Assembly: GCA_964449235.1 (NCBI GenBank)
Contig: CAYVAX010000003.1
Coordinates: 1-51,872, forward strand
DNA length: 51,872 nt
Direction of reading: 5' to 3'
From: an uncultured Candidatus Saccharibacteria bacterium
Lineage (GTDB): Bacteria; Patescibacteriota; Minisyncoccia; RBG-13-40-8-A; JAUWHN01
The notes below the pieces were generated by a model, which made no database searches, was not told where the DNA came from, and saw only the letters and a list, made by a program, of their open reading frames with translations. Made by a program: the position numbers and the translations under genes. Shown piece by piece: positions 1-8,134 of this stretch (position 1 is its first letter; every line of letters begins with the position of its first letter).

Positions 1-4
1 AAAT

Positions 5-1135
5 TTAAATTTCATAAACTTTTTTATAGCGTTGAAATGCAGACTTCTTTTCTTTGTTGGTTATTTTACTTTTTTTAATCCCCTGCTCAATAATTCCTAA
101 AGTTTTATCATAGACACGCCTATTAATCGAAAAAGGGGTTCCATCTTTGCCCCCCATAGCAAACGAATATCTGGCCGGATCCTGATAAGAAGGCTTTGCT
201 CCGTAAATTAATTCTGAAACTAATGACAATGCTCTGACAGTCATTGGGCCTACTCCTTTAGTCATCAATAGCTGCTCAAAATTTTTCGGAGTTTGTTCAT
301 GGGCTTGGTATAAAATCTTTTCCAAATATTTGCTTTTACTAAAATTTAAATCTCCAGTTAATTTCGGCAAAACATCATCTCCAGGCATATTTAATTTTTT
401 AAACAGGCTGGATTGACCGGTTTGTTTTTCCCGAATAAGCTTTAGATCTTTCATCAATGTTCTGTAACCATCCTTAACTAATTCCGTACTAACCTTTTTA
501 TTTTCAGCACTTGTTTTCGAAACAAGATTTAAAGGTTTTAATTTTAAATCTGAAGAAATGCCAGTATGAGGTTCTTCAATAAAATCATTAATACCTTTAG
601 AAAACCAATGATATCTTCGGGCTTGAGAATGTTGTTCGTTCATTCCCTGCTGAATTACTGTCCAGCTCCCAGCCTTGGTAAATAAGAAATTGTGATGATA
701 AAGCTGAAATCCGTCCTGAATAGTAGCATTGTCTACCTTGGCACTGATTTTTGAAGAATAAACAAGCTTATCCGCTTGATCTTGAGAAAAAGAAAGCTTG
801 TCTGCCCATTGAATAATTTGATTAGGTGTTTTTCGAGAGGTTTTCCCTTTTCCTCCGCAAATAAAAAGTCCTATTTCATCTTCCATCCCTCGGATACCTT
901 CTTTAAGAGCAGCAGTAACAGTAGTAGTCAAACCACTGGAATTCCAATCGAATGCCAGTACGCAACCCAAGGATTGAAACCAAGTGGGATCAGAAATCCG
1001 TTGTAAAAATTCTTCAGCGCCAAATTCTTCAACAATCGCTCTCACAATGCCTCGAGAGAGTTTTGTCATTCGTTCAAATAACCACTTAGGACAAGTGCCA
1101 TAATCTAATGGAAAACTAGCGATTCCGGTTTTCAT
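5..1135 (-). CDS. DUF763-family protein (function unknown)
   Basis: 376-aa ORF. The N-terminal string FPLDYGTCPKWLFERM..IVEEFGAEEFLQRISDPTWFQSLGCVLAFDWNSSGLTTT matches the DUF763 signature as I remember it. Confidence 0.7.
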   Translation of the reverse strand: MKTGIASFPLDYGTCPKWLFERMTKLSRGIVRAIVEEFGAEEFLQRISDPTWFQSLGCVLAFDWNSSGLTTTVTAALKEGIRGMEDEIGLFICGGKGKTSRKTPNQIIQWADKLSFSQDQADKLVYSSKISAKVDNATIQDGFQLYHHNFLFTKAGSWTVIQQGMNEQHSQARRYHWFSKGINDFIEEPHTGISSDLKLKPLNLVSKTSAENKKVSTELVKDGYRTLMKDLKLIREKQTGQSSLFKKLNMPGDDVLPKLTGDLNFSKSKYLEKILYQAHEQTPKNFEQLLMTKGVGPMTVRALSLVSELIYGAKPSYQDPARYSFAMGGKDGTPFSINRRVYDKTLGIIEQGIKKSKITNKEKKSAFQRYKKVYEI

Positions 1136-1206
1136 GTTTCTTTTTGTTTTTATTCGCGCACTTTTTAGCTATAAACCCGCTGGGAGTTCTATAAGCCGTC
1201 TTCCCT

Positions 1207-1383
1207 TTATGGGTTTTTTTGGATGCGTACTTTTTCATAATCAGTTCTTAAACTTTGTTGTTCAATAAATTTATTAAAACTATTAACGCTCTTAAAGATG
1301 GTAATCATGAAGATGATTACTACGATTGAAATAATTGCAAGAGCAACTTTGGTTTCTAATTGAACAAGTAAAATATTGCGCAT
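1207..1383 (-). CDS. small single-pass membrane peptide (58 aa), hypothetical
   Basis: Below the ORF-track cutoff. ATG at 1383 lies 2 nt after the rtcB stop. It reads MRNILLVQLETKVALAIISIVVIIFMITIFKSVNSFNKFIEQQSLRTDYEKVRIQKNP, with TAA at 1207-1209. It has one hydrophobic helix and no homology claim. Confidence 0.3.
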   Translation of the reverse strand: MRNILLVQLETKVALAIISIVVIIFMITIFKSVNSFNKFIEQQSLRTDYEKVRIQKNP

Positions 1384-1385
1384 AA

Positions 1386-2822
1386 TTATTCTCCTTTAAT
1401 TACTGCCAATGGCTTTAAGCGAGCAACTTTTTTGGATAACCCTGCTTGATGGACAACTTCAATCACGTCATCAATGTTTTTATAAGCCAGAGGAGCTTCT
1501 TCGGCAATTCCCCGCATAGAACGACATTTAACCAAGATCCCTTGTTGTTTTAATTGTTTGACCACTTGTTCTCCTCTATTTTTTTTCATTGCTGCGTGAC
1601 GGGACATTGCCCGGCCAGCGCCGTGGCAAACAGTGTGCCATGCTTCTTTTGAAGCTTCTGTCCCGGCCATGATATATGAAGGAGTTCCCATTGATCCCGG
1701 AACTATTACTGGCTGACCCACCTGCTTATATTTTTCAGGAATTTCAGGATGCTGAGGAGGAAATGCTCGAGTAGCCCCTTTTCTATGAACAATTAATTTT
1801 ATTCTCTGTCCATCAACTTCATACTCTTCAATCTTGGCTATATTGTGAGCAACATCATAAAGTAATTTAAGGCCCGCTTTTTTCCCCAGTACTTTCTTCC
1901 AAGCTTTTCTAATATAATAGGTTGTCATATGTCTGTTCGACCAAGCGAAATTGCAAGCAGCTGACATTGCTTTAAAAAATCTCTGGCCTTCCGGAGAATT
2001 GAATGGCACGCAGGCTAACTCTCTATCTGGCAACTTTATGTTATATTTTGATAGAGCTTTCATAACTACTTTCAAATAATCTGTACAATTCTGATGACCA
2101 AGCCCTCTAGATCCGGTATGTATCATTACTACTACCTGGTCCTTAAATAATCCAAAAGTCTTAGCTGTTTCCTTGTCAAAAATTTCGTCAACTCTTTCCA
2201 AGGAACAAAAATGATTGCCGCTACCCAAAGTTCCAAGTTGATCTCGTCCTCTATTTTTGGCATGTATCGAAACCATAGAAGTATCAACTTGTTCTAGTTT
2301 TCCTTTTTCTTCACAATTTTCAATATCTTCCTTTTCTCCGTATCCTTGTTTAACTAAATAGGGTACACCGCCTTCTAAAACTCGCTCAATCTGTTCAACT
2401 GATAACTTTGCTTGTCTTCCTCTCCCTAGTCCCGAAGGAACCTCCCTTTGCATTTCTGTAGCTATTTTATCTAAAAACGATGTAATATCCTTAACAAAAT
2501 ACTCTGTTTTCAGTATTCTGATTCCGCAATTTTGATCATATCCCACGAATCCAGGTGAAATTACTCCATCGGGTAGCTTCATTGCTCCCACACCTCCAAT
2601 TGGCGGACCGTAGCCCTGATGGCAATCGGGCATAGCTATAGCATAGTTTATAATTTCCGGCAGTGTCGTGCTATTTACCAGTTGCACTAAAGCTTTTTCC
2701 TCTATATCTCTCCATATTTTATCTGAGGCATAAATACGTGCCGGCACTCGCATATCTTTCCTATAACTTCTAGGAATTTCCCGCAAATAATTATTAACTT
2801 TTACAAACTTATCTTTTATCAT
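1386..2822 (-). CDS. rtcB: RNA 3'-phosphate/2',3'-cyclic phosphate ligase RtcB (archaeal-length form)
   Basis: 478 aa. RtcB landmarks present: PDCHQGYGPPIGGV, GSGNHF, HTGSRGLGHQ, PGSMGT, CHGAGR. Its start overlaps the upstream stop as ATGA. Confidence 0.95.
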   Translation of the reverse strand: MIKDKFVKVNNYLREIPRSYRKDMRVPARIYASDKIWRDIEEKALVQLVNSTTLPEIINYAIAMPDCHQGYGPPIGGVGAMKLPDGVISPGFVGYDQNCGIRILKTEYFVKDITSFLDKIATEMQREVPSGLGRGRQAKLSVEQIERVLEGGVPYLVKQGYGEKEDIENCEEKGKLEQVDTSMVSIHAKNRGRDQLGTLGSGNHFCSLERVDEIFDKETAKTFGLFKDQVVVMIHTGSRGLGHQNCTDYLKVVMKALSKYNIKLPDRELACVPFNSPEGQRFFKAMSAACNFAWSNRHMTTYYIRKAWKKVLGKKAGLKLLYDVAHNIAKIEEYEVDGQRIKLIVHRKGATRAFPPQHPEIPEKYKQVGQPVIVPGSMGTPSYIMAGTEASKEAWHTVCHGAGRAMSRHAAMKKNRGEQVVKQLKQQGILVKCRSMRGIAEEAPLAYKNIDDVIEVVHQAGLSKKVARLKPLAVIKGE

Positions 2823-3616
2823 ATCTTTGCTTTGTTGTTTCTAAGACGCCACAATCTCATCTTAACGCTTCTTTCAGTTCTTTTAAGATGATTACAGCTT
2901 TCTTCTAAGGTATGGCTTAAGATATATTTATCTTGTTGATCATCCCAAAATTTTTGGAAAACTCTTTTCAGATCCTTTGGTCTCTTCCATTTTAACACTG
3001 TTTTTGCATTTCTCAATTTTCGTTTGAGTGCCAAGCAATTTGGGTAATATAAATAGTTTATAAACTGCTGAGCTCTTTCTCTGTTAACCATTATATTATA
3101 AATATTATCTCTCGTATTTCTGTTTAGCCTTTTTCTTTCTCCCGTAATCTTCTCAATGATAACGAGCAAGTAATTTTTCAAATCTTCACTTTTAACTGTC
3201 AAACTAGCAAAAGGAACATTCTTAGCTGTAGTGCCCACACTGCCATCTCCATCTAATAATCCCCTAATGTAGTCTTTTTTACAAAAATCACTTTCGGGAG
3301 GAGAAACTATTTCTGATTTTTTACCGCAAGGAAGTCCTAAATTGTTAATTTCTTTGCGAAAATTCCAATTATATATGCTAAAAATATAGCTCCGGTGATT
3401 CTTTTTAAAATTTGTATCTCTGTTTCTTGATTTTATTGAACAATAAATAGAAGAAAATAAATTTTTAAATGACTTTAATATATGTAAATCTCTTTCACCC
3501 ACTTCAATTTCTAATTTCCCTCTATTCCTAGTAGATTTCCTTAGCGTGCCATCAGCTTGCGTAAATCCAAAAAAATACGAATGCTCAGGAATTTTAAGGT
3601 TTATATATTTCCCCAT
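2819..3616 (-). CDS. free-standing double-motif LAGLIDADG homing endonuclease with C-terminal HTH-like tail
   Basis: 265 aa. Two LAGLIDADG-type motifs (YFFGFTQADGT and YIRGLLDGDGSV). The C-terminus RTERSVKMRLWRLR resembles a sigma-r4/LuxR-like helix-turn-helix. No intein splicing blocks are present. Confidence 0.85.
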   Translation of the reverse strand: MGKYINLKIPEHSYFFGFTQADGTLRKSTRNRGKLEIEVGERDLHILKSFKNLFSSIYCSIKSRNRDTNFKKNHRSYIFSIYNWNFRKEINNLGLPCGKKSEIVSPPESDFCKKDYIRGLLDGDGSVGTTAKNVPFASLTVKSEDLKNYLLVIIEKITGERKRLNRNTRDNIYNIMVNRERAQQFINYLYYPNCLALKRKLRNAKTVLKWKRPKDLKRVFQKFWDDQQDKYILSHTLEESCNHLKRTERSVKMRLWRLRNNKAKI

Positions 3617-3644
3617 AAATTTTAGTTATAAATTATACTAATTA

Positions 3645-3653
3645 ATTATACCA
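3645..3653 (-). promoter_or_regulatory. extended -10 promoter element (TGGTATAAT) for the endonuclease-rtcB unit
   Basis: The minus strand reads GTGGTATAAT about 29 nt upstream of ATG 3616. The -35 is weak. The same 10-mer occurs at the tyrS leader promoter. Confidence 0.45.
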
Positions 3654-3669
3654 CTTTATAGAAACAAAT

Positions 3670-3704
3670 AAAAAAGTAGGGGTGATTAATTTCCCGCCCA
3701 CTAC
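3670..3704 (-). terminator. intrinsic terminator downstream of the archease gene
   Basis: Minus strand: GUAG(U)GGG, a 14-nt loop, CCCCUAC, then UUUUUU. Confidence 0.55.
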
Positions 3705-3807
3705 TAATATATTTTATTTTTATCGTATTCTCTGCTTACCTATTTCAGAGGCTAATCTAAACCTTCTTTTAAAACCAAGTCGTGTTAATACATTTATTTT
3801 ATTATGT

Positions 3808-4215
3808 TTATACATCAAACAATATATCTACTTGATAAATATTATTTTTCTTTTTAATTTCCACATCGTGATAAGTTGCTGCTTTAATATCCTCACCGAA
3901 AGATTCAATTTTATTTCCCTCTAATTCTCCCTGTAATTGGCTGTCGGAAAAGTTTTTAAATTTAATATCATTATATACCTCTCGATTAGTTTCAGTTAAA
4001 TACAAAACTTCATTTAAAAAATCAATTAACAACGCATTTAAATCCAAAGAGTTCACTTCTATTTTCCGACACACAGATTTTCCTTTTCCGCTGAATTTCA
4101 AAATTGCTGTCATCCCTTTAACTGCATTCAAAAATAATTCCTGTTTAGTGTTACCGAAAACTCTGATTTTAGTATCAGCAGTATGAGGTAAAATTTTAAA
4201 TTTTTGGTTATTCAT
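3808..4215 (-). CDS. archease (RtcB activator family)
   Basis: 135 aa. The N-terminal FKILPHTADTKIRVFG matches the archease HTAD motif. The C-terminal KAATYHDVEI is also typical. It lies near rtcB. Confidence 0.85.
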   Translation of the reverse strand: MNNQKFKILPHTADTKIRVFGNTKQELFLNAVKGMTAILKFSGKGKSVCRKIEVNSLDLNALLIDFLNEVLYLTETNREVYNDIKFKNFSDSQLQGELEGNKIESFGEDIKAATYHDVEIKKKNNIYQVDILFDV

Positions 4216-5497
4216 AAAGTTCTTGAAGTTCTTCCCGGGTCACTTTGCGATCATCCCAGGATTTTTTTTGAGAACCAATAACTAAAGTCTGTTCGGTTCC
4301 CTTGCCTAAAATTAACACTAGATCGTCAGGTTTTGCAGATTTCAAAGCTGTTTTAATTGCTAATCGGCGATCAGCTATTTTTTTCACTTCGGAATGGCCC
4401 TTCATTCCTTTTTGAATATCTTTTAAAATCTGATCTGGATTTTCGTCATAAGGATCTTCGTTGGTTAAAATAACTAAATCTGAATATTTATCGGCGATTT
4501 TTCCTAGATCCGGGCGTTTCCATTTATCCCTTCCTCCGCCAGCAGAACCAAAAACAGAAATTATTCTTTGATTTTTGAATAAATTTCTTGCTAATTCAAA
4601 GACTTTTTTAAAAGAGTCCGGAGTGTGGGCCAAATCAATAATTACTTTAAATTTTTGCCTCTGATCAATGAATTCCATTCGTCCGGGAATAGTTTTAATC
4701 CTTTGTAAGACCTGGCTGATAATCTCCGTTTTTATCTTTTGAGAAAGAGCAAGGCAAATGGCAAATGAGATGTTGTATAAATTAAACTTGCCTAACAGCG
4801 GTGATTCAAATTTTAAATTATTTGCTGAAAATTCTATTCCCTGAGAAGATAATTTGTAATCAGTAATTTTTAAAAAATAATCAATGCATTCGGACCGGCG
4901 TTCTAATTTTGGATTTAAACTATATCCATATTTTTTATTAACCCCGGGCTCTAAAAAATATTTCACGTTCGGATCATCAAGATTGTATATCCCTATTCCA
5001 TTCTTTTGTTTAGCTGTTTTTTTAAATAACTTAAGTTTAGCTTTGCGATAATTTTCAAATCCCCCGTGAGCTTCTAAATGCTCGGGAGCTAAATTAGTAA
5101 ATCCGGCAACATCAAAATCAATAAATTTATGACGAAATTGTTTAATACCTTCGGAAGTAACTTCTAGCAAGGCGTGAGTACAGTTTTGTTTTACCATCTT
5201 GGCTAATAATTTTTGAATCAAAAATCTTCCGGGCATAGTCATATGGTAAGGATTAAGCCATTCCCGGGATCCGATTTTAAGGGTAAGGGAGGAAATCCAC
5301 CCCACTTTATATCCACTCTTTTCTAAAATTTTTCCACTCAAAACTACTCCTGTTGATTTTCCTTTAGTGCCTGTGATCCCGATTACAGTTAGTTTTTTAG
5401 AAGGAAACCCATATATCAACGCGCCTAAAAATGCCCAGCAAAAATGATACCAGCTAATAATAAATTCGGGAACAATTCTCTTTAGTAATGATTTCAT
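4208..5497 (-). CDS. Mur ligase family protein, MurE-like, lacking the N-terminal UDP-binding domain
   Basis: 429 aa. GITGTKGKST P-loop, TNLAPEHLEAHG, VFGSAGGGRDKWKRP, TNEDPYDENP and LGKGTEQ are colinear with MurE. The first ~35 aa are hydrophobic (IISWYHFCWAFLGALIYGF). Confidence 0.8.
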   Translation of the reverse strand: MKSLLKRIVPEFIISWYHFCWAFLGALIYGFPSKKLTVIGITGTKGKSTGVVLSGKILEKSGYKVGWISSLTLKIGSREWLNPYHMTMPGRFLIQKLLAKMVKQNCTHALLEVTSEGIKQFRHKFIDFDVAGFTNLAPEHLEAHGGFENYRKAKLKLFKKTAKQKNGIGIYNLDDPNVKYFLEPGVNKKYGYSLNPKLERRSECIDYFLKITDYKLSSQGIEFSANNLKFESPLLGKFNLYNISFAICLALSQKIKTEIISQVLQRIKTIPGRMEFIDQRQKFKVIIDLAHTPDSFKKVFELARNLFKNQRIISVFGSAGGGRDKWKRPDLGKIADKYSDLVILTNEDPYDENPDQILKDIQKGMKGHSEVKKIADRRLAIKTALKSAKPDDLVLILGKGTEQTLVIGSQKKSWDDRKVTREELQELYE

Positions 5498-6360
5498 TTA
5501 AATTTCTTAATTAATTTGTAAGCTTGATACCATCCGAATTTAAAAATCAAATCATAACCCGAAGGATAAACCCTTAAACAATGTTTAAAATTCTGCTTGC
5601 AAAATCCTGTTTTAAACCGGGTAACTCCGGGCCATTTTTCTTGATCGATTCCCCAAAAATCGTACTCAATACAACTTTGCTTCTTGGCTTTCCTAATCTG
5701 CTCCCATTGTAATAAATGAGGAGCCATTAATTTTCGATATTTGTAATCAGAAGTTCCGTGAAGATAAATAGCGGTTTGATTGTAAAACAGGACTATATTC
5801 GCAGCAATAACTTTCTGATTGTAAATCGCCACAAATAACTCTAATCCTGGAATATCCAGCATTCTCTGGTAATACTGTTGAGGATAAGCTTTGAATTGAT
5901 CGCGCTCGGTTGTTTTCTGAAGTAATTTCCAGAAATATTCAAATTTGGTTTTATCGGATTTAACTTTTACTCCTTTTCTTCTTGCTAATCGGATATTATA
6001 CCTCGTCTTGTGATGCATCTGTTCTAATAGTTCTTTCTCAGGTTTTGTAATATCTAGAATCAAACTTTTCCGGGGCTGAATATTTGTTGACTGTTTAAAT
6101 TTATTCTTTTTATCAATTTTTTCCGGTTTTTCAGTCGGTTCTAATTTCAAAAAAATTGAATTTTCCTTTTTAGCAATATTTTTGATCTGCTGTAAAAACT
6201 GTTCAGATAAAAAATCTCCTCCGCAGCGCGGGGAATAAAGATAGCTTTTTTTAAACGGAAGCTTATGTTCAATAATCAACAGTCCATTTATTCTCCAGGT
6301 TTTACGACCCAATGATTGTTGAAACTTCTCCCAGTGCTTGGATTGTAAAAAAGAATTCAT
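5494..6360 (-). CDS. FemAB-family peptidoglycan aminoacyl/peptidyl transferase
   Basis: 288 aa. The start MNSFLQSKHWEKFQQSLGRKTW and the overall pattern are typical of FemX/FemAB-family proteins. ATGA overlap with the Mur ligase gene. Confidence 0.75.
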   Translation of the reverse strand: MNSFLQSKHWEKFQQSLGRKTWRINGLLIIEHKLPFKKSYLYSPRCGGDFLSEQFLQQIKNIAKKENSIFLKLEPTEKPEKIDKKNKFKQSTNIQPRKSLILDITKPEKELLEQMHHKTRYNIRLARRKGVKVKSDKTKFEYFWKLLQKTTERDQFKAYPQQYYQRMLDIPGLELFVAIYNQKVIAANIVLFYNQTAIYLHGTSDYKYRKLMAPHLLQWEQIRKAKKQSCIEYDFWGIDQEKWPGVTRFKTGFCKQNFKHCLRVYPSGYDLIFKFGWYQAYKLIKKFK

Positions 6361-6364
6361 AAAC

Positions 6365-6931
6365 TTATCTACCTAATAGCTTAAGTGCTTCCCGAACTCG
6401 ATTTTCCACTCCTTTAATTTTATCAGGAACTTTTTTTAATGTTTCCCGAGACTGTTTAAGTTTGTACCCTAAACTCATCAAGGCATCAATGGCTTCACTG
6501 TCTGAGCCTGTTTTTTGATCTTTAAACTTATCCCCAATTTTATTCCTTAATTCTAAAATAATTTTTTCAGCCATTTTTTTGCCAATCCCGGAAACTTTAG
6601 TTAAAATTTCACTTTCTTCATTAACAATTGCTCTTTTAAGAGTGTTAATCGTAACTGCATTTAAAACGCTCAATCCTCCTTTGGGCCCAATTCCGGAAAT
6701 AGAGATAAGCAATTCAAAAATTTCTAATTCTTCGGGTTTTAAAAATCCATACAGCTCCATGGCATTTTCTCGAACATGAAGATGGGTGTACAGCTTGATT
6801 TTCTCTTTTTTATTAGACAAATTCTTGAATGTGTTTCCGGAAATATATACCTTGTATCCTACTCCGCTTACTTCCAGAATAAGGTATTCGTTAGTGCTAG
6901 ATTCAATTTTTCCCTTCAATAAGGCAATCAT
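6365..6931 (-). CDS. ruvA: Holliday junction branch migration complex subunit RuvA
   Basis: 188 aa. MIALLKGKI...LEVSGVGYKV start, HhH region ISGIGPKGGL / VSGIGKKMAEKI. Confidence 0.9.
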   Translation of the reverse strand: MIALLKGKIESSTNEYLILEVSGVGYKVYISGNTFKNLSNKKEKIKLYTHLHVRENAMELYGFLKPEELEIFELLISISGIGPKGGLSVLNAVTINTLKRAIVNEESEILTKVSGIGKKMAEKIILELRNKIGDKFKDQKTGSDSEAIDALMSLGYKLKQSRETLKKVPDKIKGVENRVREALKLLGR

Positions 6932-7054
6932 ACCTTTATTTTAACTTTTATTCGGGTTTGAATCAAGAAAGTGGATACAGGGCTATTGCAAAATTTTAAG
7001 AGTATGATACTCTACAATGATAAGTACTTTTAAAATTTAAAAAGGAGGAAACCG

Positions 7055-8134
7055 ATGAAAATAGCGGTATTAGGATCTGGAAATGGCGGAATTGCCATTG
7101 CTGGTTATTTAGCAATTAAAAATTTTGAGATAAATCTTTACAGCCCTTTTTGTGAAGAAATTGCACCTCTCAGACGCAATAAGGTTATTCAACTGCAAGG
7201 AAAAATTAAAGGATCCGGAAAATTGAATTTAGTTACCAACAACCTTGAACAAGCAATCGAAAATGCAGAATTAATTATGGTCGTTGCCCCTGCTTTTGCC
7301 CACCAAACAATCGCCAAAGATTGCGCGCCGTATTTAAAGAACGGCCAAGTCATTATTCTCAATCCCGGACGAACTGGCGGAGCATTGGAATTCAATCAAA
7401 CTCTCAAGAACATGAACGTAACCGCAAATGTAACTATTGCTGAAGCTCAAACTCTAATTTATGCCTGCCGAAAAGTAGGCGCTAACCGGGCAATAATCCA
7501 TGGGATTAAAAATAAAGTTTCTTTGGCAGCATTGCCTGCAACAAAAACTTCAGAAGTTATTAATAAAATCCGGACCGGATATCCTCAATTCATAGCTGCT
7601 AAAAATGTACTGGAAACTAGCTTTGATAATATCGGAGCAGTTTTCCATCCAGCAATAATGTGGGCTCATCGAGATCGAATTAGTCGCAAACAGGATTTCT
7701 ACTTTTACCAAATCAGCAAACAGACTGCGAACATTCTGGAAGAAATAGACAAAGAAAGATTAGAAATTGCAGCCGGATTTGGCATTAAATTAAAATCAGC
7801 TGAACAATGGCTAACCGAGACATACAATATTAAAGGAGCAAACCTATATCAGAAATTGGTTAACAATCCTGCCTATGCAAATATTAAAGCTCCTAAAAGC
7901 ACTAATGTAAGACAGGTTCTGGAAGATGTTCCTTACGGCTTAGTGCCAATTGTCCTGTTTGGTAAATTGGAAAATCTTCCGCGAACAAATTCAGCTTTGA
8001 CTGTAAACGCCTGGAAGATGGTATTGAAAAAAGATTTTTGGAAGCAGGGTCGAAATTTAGAACGTTTAGGCCTTGCAAATATGAATATTCGAGAAATAAA
8101 GAAGTTTGTGAACCGAAAGGAAGGCATAAAATGA
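7055..8134 (+). CDS. NAD(P)-dependent octopine/nopaline (opine) dehydrogenase-family oxidoreductase
   Basis: 359 aa. Rossmann start MKIAVLGSGNGGIAIAGYLA. A central TIAEAQTLIYACR and FDNIGAVFHP pattern is typical of this family. Strong SD (AAAGGAGGA) lies 7-8 nt upstream. Confidence 0.75.
   Translation: MKIAVLGSGNGGIAIAGYLAIKNFEINLYSPFCEEIAPLRRNKVIQLQGKIKGSGKLNLVTNNLEQAIENAELIMVVAPAFAHQTIAKDCAPYLKNGQVIILNPGRTGGALEFNQTLKNMNVTANVTIAEAQTLIYACRKVGANRAIIHGIKNKVSLAALPATKTSEVINKIRTGYPQFIAAKNVLETSFDNIGAVFHPAIMWAHRDRISRKQDFYFYQISKQTANILEEIDKERLEIAAGFGIKLKSAEQWLTETYNIKGANLYQKLVNNPAYANIKAPKSTNVRQVLEDVPYGLVPIVLFGKLENLPRTNSALTVNAWKMVLKKDFWKQGRNLERLGLANMNIREIKKFVNRKEGIK

Noticed and set aside
776-1006. Antisense or shadow ORFs of 60-96 aa listed in the track. 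Examples: 776-1006, 3682-3924, 6579-6779, 7189-7395, 7902-8159, 8697-8997, 9843-10228, 11244-11459, 14030-14242, 15606-15797, 16607-16961, 20895-21176, 21495-21704, 22143-22370, 23337-24105, 25188-25379, 26101-26340, 26456-26929, 28991-29491, 30147-30416, 32402-32668, 33835-34053, 38417-38608, 39643-39915, 42985-43173, 44645-44884, 46508-46973, 47428-47937, 51429-51611.
   Set aside because: Each lies wholly within, and opposite or out of frame to, a long ORF with clear family motifs. Their low-complexity, Leu/Phe/Ser/Ile-rich translations are typical of AT-rich shadow frames.
6975-7010. Small palindrome AGAGTATGATACTCT in the ruvA / opine-dehydrogenase divergent region as an operator
   Set aside because: It has only 6-bp arms, occurs once, and lies in AT-rich sequence where such dyads arise by chance. 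I could not define a convincing promoter around it.
8038-8130. N-terminal 31-codon extension of the giant ORF given in the ORF track (MEAGSKFRTF...)
   Set aside because: It lies entirely inside the upstream opine-dehydrogenase-family CDS in another frame. ATG 8131 gives the typical ATGA stop/start coupling, so the extension is most likely not translated.
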